NCBI GenBank assembly: GCA_017938985.1
Contig: JAGBAK010000130.1
Coordinates: forward strand, 9,263-73,262
Direction: 5' to 3'
Source of the DNA: Clostridia bacterium
Lineage (GTDB): Bacteria > Bacillota > Clostridia > Oscillospirales > Acutalibacteraceae
DNA length: 64,000 nt
Shown: one piece after another, positions 1 to 9,587 of the stretch
How positions within the stretch are numbered: position 1 is the first letter of the stretch
How the letters are laid out: each line of letters opens with the position of its first letter
Made by a program: the position numbers and the translations under genes
The notes under the pieces: model-generated
What the model was told of the DNA's origin: nothing
The model's input: the letters and a program-made list of their open reading frames with translations, nothing else
The model's database searches: none

Positions 1-114
1 ATTGTTTATTTTTTCAGTAATTGAATCAGAATACAAATAAAAACAGGCTCACGATGTAAATTGCCACCGTAAGCCTGCTTTTTTATATTGAGTTTTATTT
101 TGAATGACAAATCT

Positions 115-3100
115 TTATTCACCGCTCATATAGTCAAGAACCCTTTCGATGAGTCCCAGACGTTTTTCGCCGTTGAGCAGTCTGACGGCAACGTGCGGTT
201 TACCGCCGCCTGCGCTGACAACAAGTCTGCCCTTGAAATGTGCCGCCGCAAGGGAGATTTTTTGCATATCAAGGTTGCTGATTCTGAAAATAACCCTGTC
301 ACCCTGCATTGTGATTTCATAAATATCGTTGCTTGCCGCCTTGCCTCGGAGCAGGGCAATTTTTATGAGACCCTCAACGCTTTCGGGCGGGTCGCCGAAG
401 CGGTCGCAAAGCTCGTCGATAACGTCCGCCGCATCGTCATCACCTTTGATATCGGCAATTCTGCGGTAAATCTGAAGTCTCTGCGGTACGCTCGAAATAT
501 AGTCGTCGGGAATATGCGCATCAATCGGCAAATCAATAACGCAGTCTTTCTCGGGTGTCGTCGGTGCTTCACCTTTTTCTTCGCTGATTGCCTGTTCAAG
601 CAGCTTGATATACATATCGTAACCGACGGTTTCCATATGACCGTGCTGGTTTGCACCGAGCACGTTTCCTGCACCTCTTAATTCAAGGTCACGCATCGCA
701 ATATGGAAGCCCGAGCCGAATTCGGTAAATTCCCTGATTGCATCAAGTCTGCGTGTTGCAATTTCGGTCAGCTCTTTGCCTCTTGTAAATGTGAAATATG
801 CGCTTGCCCTGCGTGATGAACGGCCGACACGGCCTCTTATCTGGTGGAGCTGTGCAAGACCCATACGGTCTGCATTTTCGATAATCAGCGTGTTTGCGTT
901 GGGTACGTCAACGCCTGTTTCTATAATTGTTGTGCATACGAGAACGTCGATTTCGCCCTCAAGCAGTCTGCGCCAGACCTCGCTCAGCTCGTCCTCACTC
1001 ATTTTGCCGTGAGCAATGCCGATTGTTGCGTCGGGCAGCATCGCCTTGATTTCCGCCGCCTTGCGCTCAATGGTTTCAACCCTGTTATAGAGGTAGTAAA
1101 CCTGTCCGCCTCGGCGAAGTTCCTGCTCCATTGCCTGAACAAGCACGGGCAGATTGTGCTCAATGACGTAGGTCTGAACGGGCAGTCTGTCCATAGGCGC
1201 TTCTTCAATAACCGACATATCCCTTATGCCCGTCATCGCCATATTCAGCGTTCTGGGAATGGGTGTTGCGGTTAACGTAAGAACGTCAACGGTGGGGTAA
1301 AGAGCCTTCAGTTTTTCTTTTTGGGCAACGCCGAAGCGCTGTTCTTCGTCAACGATAATCAGACCGAGGTCACGGAAAGTGACGTCTTTTGAAATGAGCC
1401 TGTGTGTGCCCACAACAACGTCAACCGAACCTCTGCGCAGACCCGCAATGGTTTTGTCGATTTCCTTTTTTGTGCAGAATCTTGAAAGCATACCTGCTTC
1501 AATCGGGAAGCCTTCAAAGCGTTTGAGAATGGTCTGGTAATGCTGAAGCGCAAGAATCGTTGTGGGAACAAGGATTGCGCACTGTTTGCCGTCTGCGATG
1601 CACTTGAAAACGGCACGCAGAGCAACCTCTGTTTTGCCGAAGCCTACGTCGCCGCAAAGAAGTCTGTCCATAGGGTACGGCTTTTCCATATCTTTTTTGA
1701 TTTCGTGAATGCAACGCAGCTGGTCATCGGTTTCAACGTATTCGAATCTGCGCTCAAAGTCACTCTGCATATCAATATCTTCGGTGAAAGCGTGTCCCTG
1801 CATTTTTATGCGCTTGGAATAAAGCTCAATAAGCTCTTTTGCCATATCCTTGACGGCACTTTTGACCCTTGAACGGGTTTTCTGCCAGTCCTTGCCGCCA
1901 AGCTTGCTGAGCTTGAGCGGTTTATCGTCGCTCTTCGGACCGATATATTTTGAAACCTGGTCAAGTTGAGTGACGGGTACGTAGAGATTGTCTCCCTTAT
2001 CGTACTGGATTTTGATGTAATCTTTTTTAACGCCTGCGGCTTCAAGGCTCTGAATGCCTTCAAAAATACCTATGCCGTGGGTGGAGTGAACAACGTATTC
2101 ACCTCTGTGAAGCTCGTTGAGGTTGTTGAAGGCGTGCTTAGCAGATTTTTTGGCTGCCGACCTTGATTTGGTTGAAGCCGTTTTGCCTCTGTAAGTTATA
2201 AGAGTGAATTTTGCGCCCGGATACTCAAAGCCTGCCGAAAAGCTGCCCGGCAGAACGCAAACCGTTTTTTGCGGAAATTCCGCAGGCGGTACGGGACAGT
2301 AAAGGGCGGAAATGCCCTCATTCTCAAGGTCGTCAACAAGAGTCTGAGCCGCTTTTTCTGTACCTGCAACAACGGCGCAGGCGTGACCCATTCTTGTGCG
2401 GATTGAGTTGAGGTCATCAACAATCGCCGCAAGAGTACCGTTCCACGGCGAAACCTGCTTCGCGGTGAACGTTACAAGGTCTTTTACGGGAGTGTCGAAG
2501 CTGCCGCGCGGCAGATTGTCAAGATAAACTGCGCCGTCCTCCTGATAAATGCTTATAAGCTCGTGCGGCTGCAGACCGAATCTGTCAAGCCCTTTGCAGA
2601 GAGTTCCGTCCTGAAACAGACCTTTGACTGTTTCGTTAAGAAGCTGGCAGGATGCCGAGAATTTGTCTTTAACGGAAAAGCTTTCGCAGATAAAAAGCAT
2701 TGCGTCCTTGCAATAATCAAAAATGCTTGCCGCATCGGGATAAATCAGCGGCATATACTTGTCTGCCGAAGAAAGTCTTACTCCGTTGCGGAGCTTTTCG
2801 AGGTCTTCGTTAAGATAACGGAGCGCATCGCCTTTTATTCTGTGAGTTTTTATATGATTTTCGATTATTTCGCAAAGCTCCTCGTCGGGAACAAGAATTT
2901 CACGTGCTGGAGTGATTCTGACAACGTCAAGGTTATCGCCTCTGCGCTGGGTTTCAAGGTCAAAATATGCAATACCGTCAACGGCATCTCCCCAAAACTC
3001 AACTCTGCAGGGTCCTTTTGAATCGGGAGGATAAAAATCAAGAATCCCGCCGCGCAGTGCAAACTGACCTGCGCCGTCAACCTGCTCACTGCGGATATAT

Positions 3101-3576
3101 CCGCTTCGGACAAGTTTTTCGGTAAGCTCGCCGATATCGTATTCTTCGCCGAATTTAATTTCAAAGCTGTTGCGGAAAAGGTTTTCGGGCGGCACGGTGA
3201 GCTGCATAGCCGCTTCTGCCGAAAAAACAACCGCATCGTAATCCTCTGAAAGCAGTTTGTCAAGCACGCTGAGTCTTGCGTGTTCATATTCACGGGAAAC
3301 GGTTTCGGTTGTGCGGAAAGAAAAGTCACGGGCAGGGTAGAGCAGTGCTCTTATGCCGAAGCTTTCCAGATCCTGTTTCATTCTTGTTGCCTGAGCTTCG
3401 TCTGGCATAACAACAACAGCCCTGCGCAGCAGACCCATGCAGAGCGAAGCGATAACGTGTGCCTTGTGGATATGCGAAAGACCCGTAACGCCCATTGGCA
3501 AACGGTTCTTTTTTACGTCCGTGGCAACGGTCATAAATTCCGGTATTTGTTTTGCGATTTCGGTGTAACAGTTCAT
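115..3576 (-). CDS. mfd: Transcription-repair coupling factor Mfd
   Basis: UvrB-homology N-terminus, RID (VVHSTHGIG), helicase motifs CGDVGFGKT, DEEQRFG, TATPIPRT and QIRGRVGRS, and a C-terminal TRCF domain. Start moved to the ATG at 3576 (MNCYTE) to avoid overlap with the upstream gene. Confidence 0.97.
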   Translation of the reverse strand: MNCYTEIAKQIPEFMTVATDVKKNRLPMGVTGLSHIHKAHVIASLCMGLLRRAVVVMPDEAQATRMKQDLESFGIRALLYPARDFSFRTTETVSREYEHARLSVLDKLLSEDYDAVVFSAEAAMQLTVPPENLFRNSFEIKFGEEYDIGELTEKLVRSGYIRSEQVDGAGQFALRGGILDFYPPDSKGPCRVEFWGDAVDGIAYFDLETQRRGDNLDVVRITPAREILVPDEELCEIIENHIKTHRIKGDALRYLNEDLEKLRNGVRLSSADKYMPLIYPDAASIFDYCKDAMLFICESFSVKDKFSASCQLLNETVKGLFQDGTLCKGLDRFGLQPHELISIYQEDGAVYLDNLPRGSFDTPVKDLVTFTAKQVSPWNGTLAAIVDDLNSIRTRMGHACAVVAGTEKAAQTLVDDLENEGISALYCPVPPAEFPQKTVCVLPGSFSAGFEYPGAKFTLITYRGKTASTKSRSAAKKSAKHAFNNLNELHRGEYVVHSTHGIGIFEGIQSLEAAGVKKDYIKIQYDKGDNLYVPVTQLDQVSKYIGPKSDDKPLKLSKLGGKDWQKTRSRVKSAVKDMAKELIELYSKRIKMQGHAFTEDIDMQSDFERRFEYVETDDQLRCIHEIKKDMEKPYPMDRLLCGDVGFGKTEVALRAVFKCIADGKQCAILVPTTILALQHYQTILKRFEGFPIEAGMLSRFCTKKEIDKTIAGLRRGSVDVVVGTHRLISKDVTFRDLGLIIVDEEQRFGVAQKEKLKALYPTVDVLTLTATPIPRTLNMAMTGIRDMSVIEEAPMDRLPVQTYVIEHNLPVLVQAMEQELRRGGQVYYLYNRVETIERKAAEIKAMLPDATIGIAHGKMSEDELSEVWRRLLEGEIDVLVCTTIIETGVDVPNANTLIIENADRMGLAQLHQIRGRVGRSSRRASAYFTFTRGKELTEIATRRLDAIREFTEFGSGFHIAMRDLELRGAGNVLGANQHGHMETVGYDMYIKLLEQAISEEKGEAPTTPEKDCVIDLPIDAHIPDDYISSVPQRLQIYRRIADIKGDDDAADVIDELCDRFGDPPESVEGLIKIALLRGKAASNDIYEITMQGDRVIFRISNLDMQKISLAAAHFKGRLVVSAGGGKPHVAVRLLNGEKRLGLIERVLDYMSGE

Positions 3577-3613
3577 ATTTAACAATTTGTCCTTGGAGTA
3601 TGTTTTTGCCTGA

Positions 3614-4219
3614 TTATATAATGCCTTTTTGCTCCATATCACGCTTCAGGATTTCCAAATCGCCGTGATAATAGCAGTGCCCGTCCATACCCGTTGCTTT
3701 TGCGCCGTCAATGTTTGCCTGAACGTCGTCAATAAAAAAGCATTCTTCCGGTTTGAGAGAAAATGTTTCGTAAAGTTTTTCATAGATTTCTTTTTCGGGT
3801 TTGAGGAGCTTGTGGTCGGCAGAAATTATAACACCGTCAAAGAATGAAAGAGCGGGAATTCCGATTCTGCGCTCGTGAAAATCGGGCGATGCATTTGAGA
3901 GCAGATATATGCCATAGCCCTTAGATTTGAGCATTTCAACAAAGCCGTACATCTTTTCAAACGGAGGCATATAGGGATAAAAATTATCGACCATTTCGCT
4001 TACTTTTTCAAAAACCGCTTCAGGAATACGGTTTTTGACCTTTTGCATAATCTCGGCAGGCGTTATAATTCCTCTGTCTTTATCTGACCAGAGGGGATTT
4101 CTGAAAATTTCTTTAAGAAGGATATCGGCGGTTGCTTTGTCAAACAGACCGTAAAGCGTTTTTTCGGGGTTATAATCAATCAGCACTCCGCCCATATCGA
4201 AGATTATGTTTTTAATCAT
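3614..4219 (-). CDS. HAD-family phosphatase
   Basis: IIFDMGGVL motif I, LSN motif II, KP, and FIDD motif IV. Confidence 0.9.
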   Translation of the reverse strand: MIKNIIFDMGGVLIDYNPEKTLYGLFDKATADILLKEIFRNPLWSDKDRGIITPAEIMQKVKNRIPEAVFEKVSEMVDNFYPYMPPFEKMYGFVEMLKSKGYGIYLLSNASPDFHERRIGIPALSFFDGVIISADHKLLKPEKEIYEKLYETFSLKPEECFFIDDVQANIDGAKATGMDGHCYYHGDLEILKRDMEQKGII

Positions 4220-4421
4220 AAGCGTTTCTCCGTTTCATAAGCATTACACTATATAATAACACTTCGCAAGCGATGCCGTCAAGAAAATATACTCGTAAAA
4301 GTACACATATTTATTTCAAATTAATGTTGAAATTATGAATATTATATGTTAATATTATCTTTATAATGACGGAGTTTGTGCATTCCGTCTGTTTGGATAT
4401 TTCAAAAGGAGTGTCAAGAAA

Positions 4422-6308
4422 ATGAAAAAAACTCTCAAAAGAGTAATCAGCCTTGTTCTTTGCACAGCTATGATCGTTTCGGTTGTTGCTTTTTCGGGTA
4501 CTGCAGCTGTTCCCGAAGACGTAAACAAGGACGTTATCACAACCTGCAACGGTGAATGCGGCAACTGCCCCGTTATCGTTCTGCCCGGTATCAACCATTC
4601 TCCCACACATCTCTATGATGAAAACGGTGAAATTGCAACCGACAGCAACGGCAGCGAAATCGGCGGCACACTGCTTATTCTCAACCTTGACGGCGTTCTT
4701 AAGCAGCTTCCTAAGGTTGTTCTCAGCCTTTTTGCAACTCTCGCTTTCCAGCGCAATATGATGCTCGATAAGGTGGCTTACGATGTTGCGCAGGCAGCTT
4801 TCTCAATTCAGCGCTGCGACGAAAAGGGCGACCACGTTGAAAACCTTCAGACTCAGAGATGGTATTATCCTCTTTCCAAGATGACAGAGGACGAAGTTGA
4901 CTGGGTTTACAGAATGGTGCCCATGAAGCCCCTTGTTGACGAAATCGGCGCTGACCACACATATTTCTTCACATTCAACCTTGTTGGCGACCCCATGGAT
5001 TCAGCTGACGACCTTGATAAGTATATCGACATCGTTAAGGCACAGACAGGTCACGATAAGGTAAACCTTCTTCCCGTTTCTCTTGGCGGCACAATTCTCA
5101 CCGCTTACCTTGAAAAGTACGGTCACGAAGACGTTAACGCAATCGTTAACGCTGTTGCCTGCCTTGACGGTACAGATCTTCTTGCAGACTTTATGGCAAG
5201 AGAATGGAACCTTTCACCCGAATTCTTCTATCACGAATTCATTGCAAACATTTTTGTTGAATCCAATGACAGAGGCACTATCGGTTATCTTATCAACCTG
5301 CTTCTCCGCATTATCCCCGAATCAGGTATCAACGCTCTTCTTTCGGGCGCAATGAGCGGTATTCTTGATACAATGATGCTCAACTGCCCCCAGTTCTGGG
5401 CAATGCTTCCATCATACAGATATGATGCTCTTGCAGAGAGATATCTCAAGGATAAGCCTGAGCTTAAAGCAAGAACAGACGCTTTCCAGACAGCAAGAGA
5501 AAATCTCAAAGAAAACATTCTTGCCGCTGAAAAAGACGGTGTAAGAGTAAACTTCATTTCGGGTTCAAATCTCAACCTTGGCGAAGAAATGTATACTTTC
5601 TTTGCAGTTGTTGCTTCTTCCGATAAGGTTAACAGCGACGGTATCATCAACCTCAGCTCAACAACACTCGGCGCAACAGGCGCAGCAGGTGATGCAACTC
5701 TCGGCGAAGGCTACAAGCAGAAGAATCCCAGTGAGGAATATCCTGATTATAACTACGTTTCACCCGACAATATGATCGACGTTTCAACGGCAGTTCTTCC
5801 CGACAACACATGGATTTTCCTTGACCAGTATCACGAGGTTGGCGACAATGACGTTGTTCTTAACCTTGCAAAGGCTCTTCTTCTTGAAGAAATTGACGAC
5901 GTTCATTCAGATCCCGAAAAGTATCCTCAGTTCAACTATCAGGTAACAACCAAATATGTTCGTCGCTGGAGACTTGCAGACGCATACGAAGTTGACCGCA
6001 CAACCCTCACCGCAGAGCAGACAGCAAAGCTTGACGCAGCTATTGCAGGCGGCGAAGCAGTTGTTCATGCAACCATAGCTCCCAAGCAGGAGGATGTTGA
6101 AGCTGCTGACAGAGCCCTTATGGAAATTCTTCACGAGGTCGGATATCCCGGATATGAAAACATTGACGAAGAAGAAGAATCCAAGATAAATGATATCCTT
6201 GAAACAGTTCTCGGCACCGTAAGCAAAACGTTTGTTGATATCTTCGGCAGCAAGAGTTACATTGATTTCTTCCTTGATCTTATTGTTGGAGTATTCTCAA
6301 AAATCTGA
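4422..6308 (+). CDS. Secreted alpha/beta-hydrolase, LCAT/PLA-lipase-like, with amphipathic C-terminal tail
   Basis: Signal peptide, Cys cluster CNGECGNCP, oxyanion-type VIVLPGI, nucleophile elbow VNLLPVSLGG, candidate Asp (SDGII) and His (YHE). RBS AAAGGAG. Confidence 0.65.
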   Translation: MKKTLKRVISLVLCTAMIVSVVAFSGTAAVPEDVNKDVITTCNGECGNCPVIVLPGINHSPTHLYDENGEIATDSNGSEIGGTLLILNLDGVLKQLPKVVLSLFATLAFQRNMMLDKVAYDVAQAAFSIQRCDEKGDHVENLQTQRWYYPLSKMTEDEVDWVYRMVPMKPLVDEIGADHTYFFTFNLVGDPMDSADDLDKYIDIVKAQTGHDKVNLLPVSLGGTILTAYLEKYGHEDVNAIVNAVACLDGTDLLADFMAREWNLSPEFFYHEFIANIFVESNDRGTIGYLINLLLRIIPESGINALLSGAMSGILDTMMLNCPQFWAMLPSYRYDALAERYLKDKPELKARTDAFQTARENLKENILAAEKDGVRVNFISGSNLNLGEEMYTFFAVVASSDKVNSDGIINLSSTTLGATGAAGDATLGEGYKQKNPSEEYPDYNYVSPDNMIDVSTAVLPDNTWIFLDQYHEVGDNDVVLNLAKALLLEEIDDVHSDPEKYPQFNYQVTTKYVRRWRLADAYEVDRTTLTAEQTAKLDAAIAGGEAVVHATIAPKQEDVEAADRALMEILHEVGYPGYENIDEEEESKINDILETVLGTVSKTFVDIFGSKSYIDFFLDLIVGVFSKI

Positions 6309-6373
6309 ACATAAAAACACCGCCTGCCGGATTTTTCCCGGCGGGCGGTAAGTTGATTTTTAACGGAGGTTAT

Positions 6374-8227
6374 ATGATGAAAAAGTTTATTTCGATTATT
6401 CTTTCGTTGGCACTTGTTATATCAATAGCCGCTATCGGCGGTGTCAGCGCAACTGAGCCTGTTTCGTCAGAAATTCTTACGGAGTGCGGCGGCAACTGCG
6501 ACGTTTGCCCTGCAATCGTTGTTCCCGGTATCGGTCAGTCAAACGTTTGGCTGCTTGATGATGACGGTGAATACGTGCTTGACGGCGACGGCAACAGAAT
6601 CAATTGCTTCCCCGGCTATTTTGATATCGGCAAAATCGTTTCAAAGGTTCTTCTGCCTGCGATTCTCACGCTGGTAACACAGAAAGATATGGGATTTTCA
6701 AATGCTCTTGCAGAGGCTCTTGCAGGCGCATTCTATATGAACTCATCTGACTTCAACGGCAAGGCTCCCGACTGCGTTGAGGTTGAAAAATATCCTTATT
6801 CCGTTGCGGAATGCAGCGACTATGAAAAGGAACAGATTTACGGCAATATTCCTCTTCAGGATTACGCAAACAGAGTTGGCGAAGACCATCTTTACTATTT
6901 TGCATATAACTCATTCGGCAACAACATTGATATCGTTGACGAGCTTTATGCTTTCATTCAGCAGGTTAAAAAAGAAACCGGTCACGATAAGGTAAACATT
7001 GTTCCCATAAGCATGGGCGGCACGGTTGCAAACGGTCTGCTTGATTATTATCCCGAGGTTGTAAACGACCTCAACAAGGTGGTTTACATTGTTCCCGCTC
7101 TCAACGGTTCAACAATCGTCGGTGACGTTATGACAAAGAACATCACTTTCCTTGATGTTGATTACCTTTATAACGGCTTCCTTGAGGGCCTTATGGACGA
7201 AGAAGACGCAAGAATGATTGAGGTTATTGCAAGAATTCTTCCCGACGAGCTTCTTGTCAAGGCTCTTGATACTGCTGTTGACAAGCTTCTTGCAGACGTT
7301 TTCTCAAAGAACACAAATATGTGGGCACTTCTTCCCAAGGAATATTATGAAGAGGCTTCCGAAGAGCTTCTTTCAGCTCCCGAATATGCAAAAATCAAGG
7401 AGCAGACAGACAGATATCACCTTGCACAGGTAAACTCAAACAAGAATATCCAGAACCTTGTTGATAACGGCGTTCAGGTTTTCAACATTGTTGACTACGA
7501 TTTCCCGCTTTATAACATAGGTGATGCCTGGAACGCAGATAACGCTGACGGCGTAATTCAGCTCAGCTCAACCGCAATGGGCGTTCACTCCGCACTTGTC
7601 GGCGAAACTCTTCCTGCCGACTACGTTCAGCAGAACACCTACTGCGACGACCCCGCACACAACCACATCTCACCCGACAGAGTTGTTGACGCATCAACAG
7701 GCCTTCTGCCTGATACAACCTTCTATTTTGACGGTCAGGCACACGAAAAGACAGCAAGAAACGACGTTATCATCAAGCTTGCAACAGAGCTTCTTGCAAC
7801 CGATAATATCACCGACGTTTATTCAACACCCGATTATCCCCAGTTCAACTATGCGAGAGATGTAAGAGGTCTTAAGAATGACCGTCTGCCCGATGCAAAG
7901 AACGCACTTGCAAACGTTGAAATGAGCGCTGAAGATAAAGCAGAGCTTGAAGCTGCAATTGCTGAAGCTGAAATGGTTCTCAACAGAACCGCAGGCGAAG
8001 AAGGCGATATTGAAGCAAGCGATGCAAGAATCAGAGCAATCCTTGTCAAGATCGGCGTATACGCTCCCGAAGAAGAGGAAAAACCCTCAACCATTTTCAC
8101 AAACATCAGCCTTTTCCTCTATGATAATTTCGGAACAGACGGTTACTCCGAGCTTGCGGCTGCCGCATTCTGCCTTTATCTTGAATTTGTTAAGGAAATC
8201 CTTTCAATCATCGTAAAGGTGCTTTGA
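6374..8227 (+). CDS. Secreted alpha/beta-hydrolase, tandem paralogue of 4422-6308
   Basis: Signal peptide, CGGNCDVCP, IVVPGI, VNIVPISMGG, ADGVI, AHE; shares TGHDKVN, ISPD/VSPD and YPQFNY with its neighbour. RBS GGAGG before the ATG at 6374. Confidence 0.65.
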   Translation: MMKKFISIILSLALVISIAAIGGVSATEPVSSEILTECGGNCDVCPAIVVPGIGQSNVWLLDDDGEYVLDGDGNRINCFPGYFDIGKIVSKVLLPAILTLVTQKDMGFSNALAEALAGAFYMNSSDFNGKAPDCVEVEKYPYSVAECSDYEKEQIYGNIPLQDYANRVGEDHLYYFAYNSFGNNIDIVDELYAFIQQVKKETGHDKVNIVPISMGGTVANGLLDYYPEVVNDLNKVVYIVPALNGSTIVGDVMTKNITFLDVDYLYNGFLEGLMDEEDARMIEVIARILPDELLVKALDTAVDKLLADVFSKNTNMWALLPKEYYEEASEELLSAPEYAKIKEQTDRYHLAQVNSNKNIQNLVDNGVQVFNIVDYDFPLYNIGDAWNADNADGVIQLSSTAMGVHSALVGETLPADYVQQNTYCDDPAHNHISPDRVVDASTGLLPDTTFYFDGQAHEKTARNDVIIKLATELLATDNITDVYSTPDYPQFNYARDVRGLKNDRLPDAKNALANVEMSAEDKAELEAAIAEAEMVLNRTAGEEGDIEASDARIRAILVKIGVYAPEEEEKPSTIFTNISLFLYDNFGTDGYSELAAAAFCLYLEFVKEILSIIVKVL

Positions 8228-8267
8228 TTGAAAACGGCAAAAATAAACAAAATAATATTCTGACCGA

Positions 8268-8306
8268 AAAGGGGTTACTGCAGATTTTGTTCTGCAGTAA
8301 CCCCTT
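8268..8306. terminator. Probable bidirectional intrinsic terminator
   Basis: GGGGTTACTGCAGA/TCTGCAGTAACCCC stem between convergent genes. Confidence 0.75.
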
Positions 8307-8329
8307 GGTTTATATTCTTTATGTGTTGG

Positions 8330-9349
8330 TTATATCAAATGTACGTACTGTGCTGTTATTACAAGCATAATGATTATTGCAATAATCATCGGTACGTTGA
8401 CAAAATATGCTGTTATTCTGGTGTTTGTATCAAGCTTTACCTGCGCAGGCTCAAGACGTTTTCTGCCCTTGACCAGCGCGAAAAGAACCGAACCGACAAT
8501 GCAGACCGAATAAAGGATAATCTGCGAAAGATTCCATATCATATTCAGCAGAGCTTCGTCTGCGACGTCGGCAATCAGAAAATCCATTAACGTTGAATAG
8601 AAATTGTTGCAAAAGTGAATCAGAACGCCTGTCCACACGCTGTTTGTAAGGCAGACTGCATAACCCATGCCCAGACCTGCGATGAAAGCAAACGGCGCCT
8701 GAACAAGGTTGCCGTGAAGAATGCCGAAAACCGCCGCAGAAACAATAATTGCAAATCTGTCGCCGTAACGTCTCAGCGGCTGCATAACAACGCCTCTTAC
8801 TGCAAATTCTTCAACAAGGGCAGGCACAACAGCAATTGAAACAACGTAAAGTATTCTGCCGATGACGGAATGCGGAACGGTGTATTCGGGTGCGGACAGT
8901 TCAACGCCCGAAGCTCTGGTCATTGAAACAAAAACGCTTGTTAAGTAGTTGCCTGCGAGACACACCAGAAAACCGAACGGAACGGAGGTCAGCATCAGCG
9001 GAAAGCAGTTTGGACGTTCAAACGCAAGCGATGGAAGAATCTTTTTTTTGTGGAGAAGATATGCCCCCAGCGCAAACGGACCGAGCAGACCGACAATCGA
9101 AAAAACAATGTTGATTATGCTGCGGAATTCAAGACTCCTTACGTACACAGACAAAAACGGTTCAAACGATATCAGAAAGGAAAGCACGTTCTGAAGCAGC
9201 ACGTACAATATAATACATACGCCTGAAATACTGCCAAGAAGCATCAGCCTTTTGCGCTCTTTCGCTTTGAGCATAAGTGCCCTTGTCTGCTGCTCAAAAA
9301 ACGCAAACGGATTAGGTGGAGTGTTGTTTTGTTGATAAGAGTAATTCAA
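8330..9349 (-). CDS. CPBP (Abi/CAAX type II) intramembrane metalloprotease
   Basis: Multiple TM segments with EEFAVRG, FGILH and HFCNN motifs. Confidence 0.9.
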   Translation of the reverse strand: MNYSYQQNNTPPNPFAFFEQQTRALMLKAKERKRLMLLGSISGVCIILYVLLQNVLSFLISFEPFLSVYVRSLEFRSIINIVFSIVGLLGPFALGAYLLHKKKILPSLAFERPNCFPLMLTSVPFGFLVCLAGNYLTSVFVSMTRASGVELSAPEYTVPHSVIGRILYVVSIAVVPALVEEFAVRGVVMQPLRRYGDRFAIIVSAAVFGILHGNLVQAPFAFIAGLGMGYAVCLTNSVWTGVLIHFCNNFYSTLMDFLIADVADEALLNMIWNLSQIILYSVCIVGSVLFALVKGRKRLEPAQVKLDTNTRITAYFVNVPMIIAIIIMLVITAQYVHLI

Positions 9350-9587
9350 ATCAAAATCACCGTCAGTAAGAATATTTTTGGCATTTCATACAAATATTAT
9401 TATATATTATACTTCAAATTTCTATACAACACAAGCCTATAAAATTAACTAAATGTTAAAATTTTATTGTAAATTATTAAATTTTAGTGTAAAATAATAT
9501 AGTCTGTAACCTTTGTTACGGTCTTATTGATTAATTTGCTGCAGACGGATTTTTATTAAGAAACGTCTGCGCTTTACGGAGGATAGT

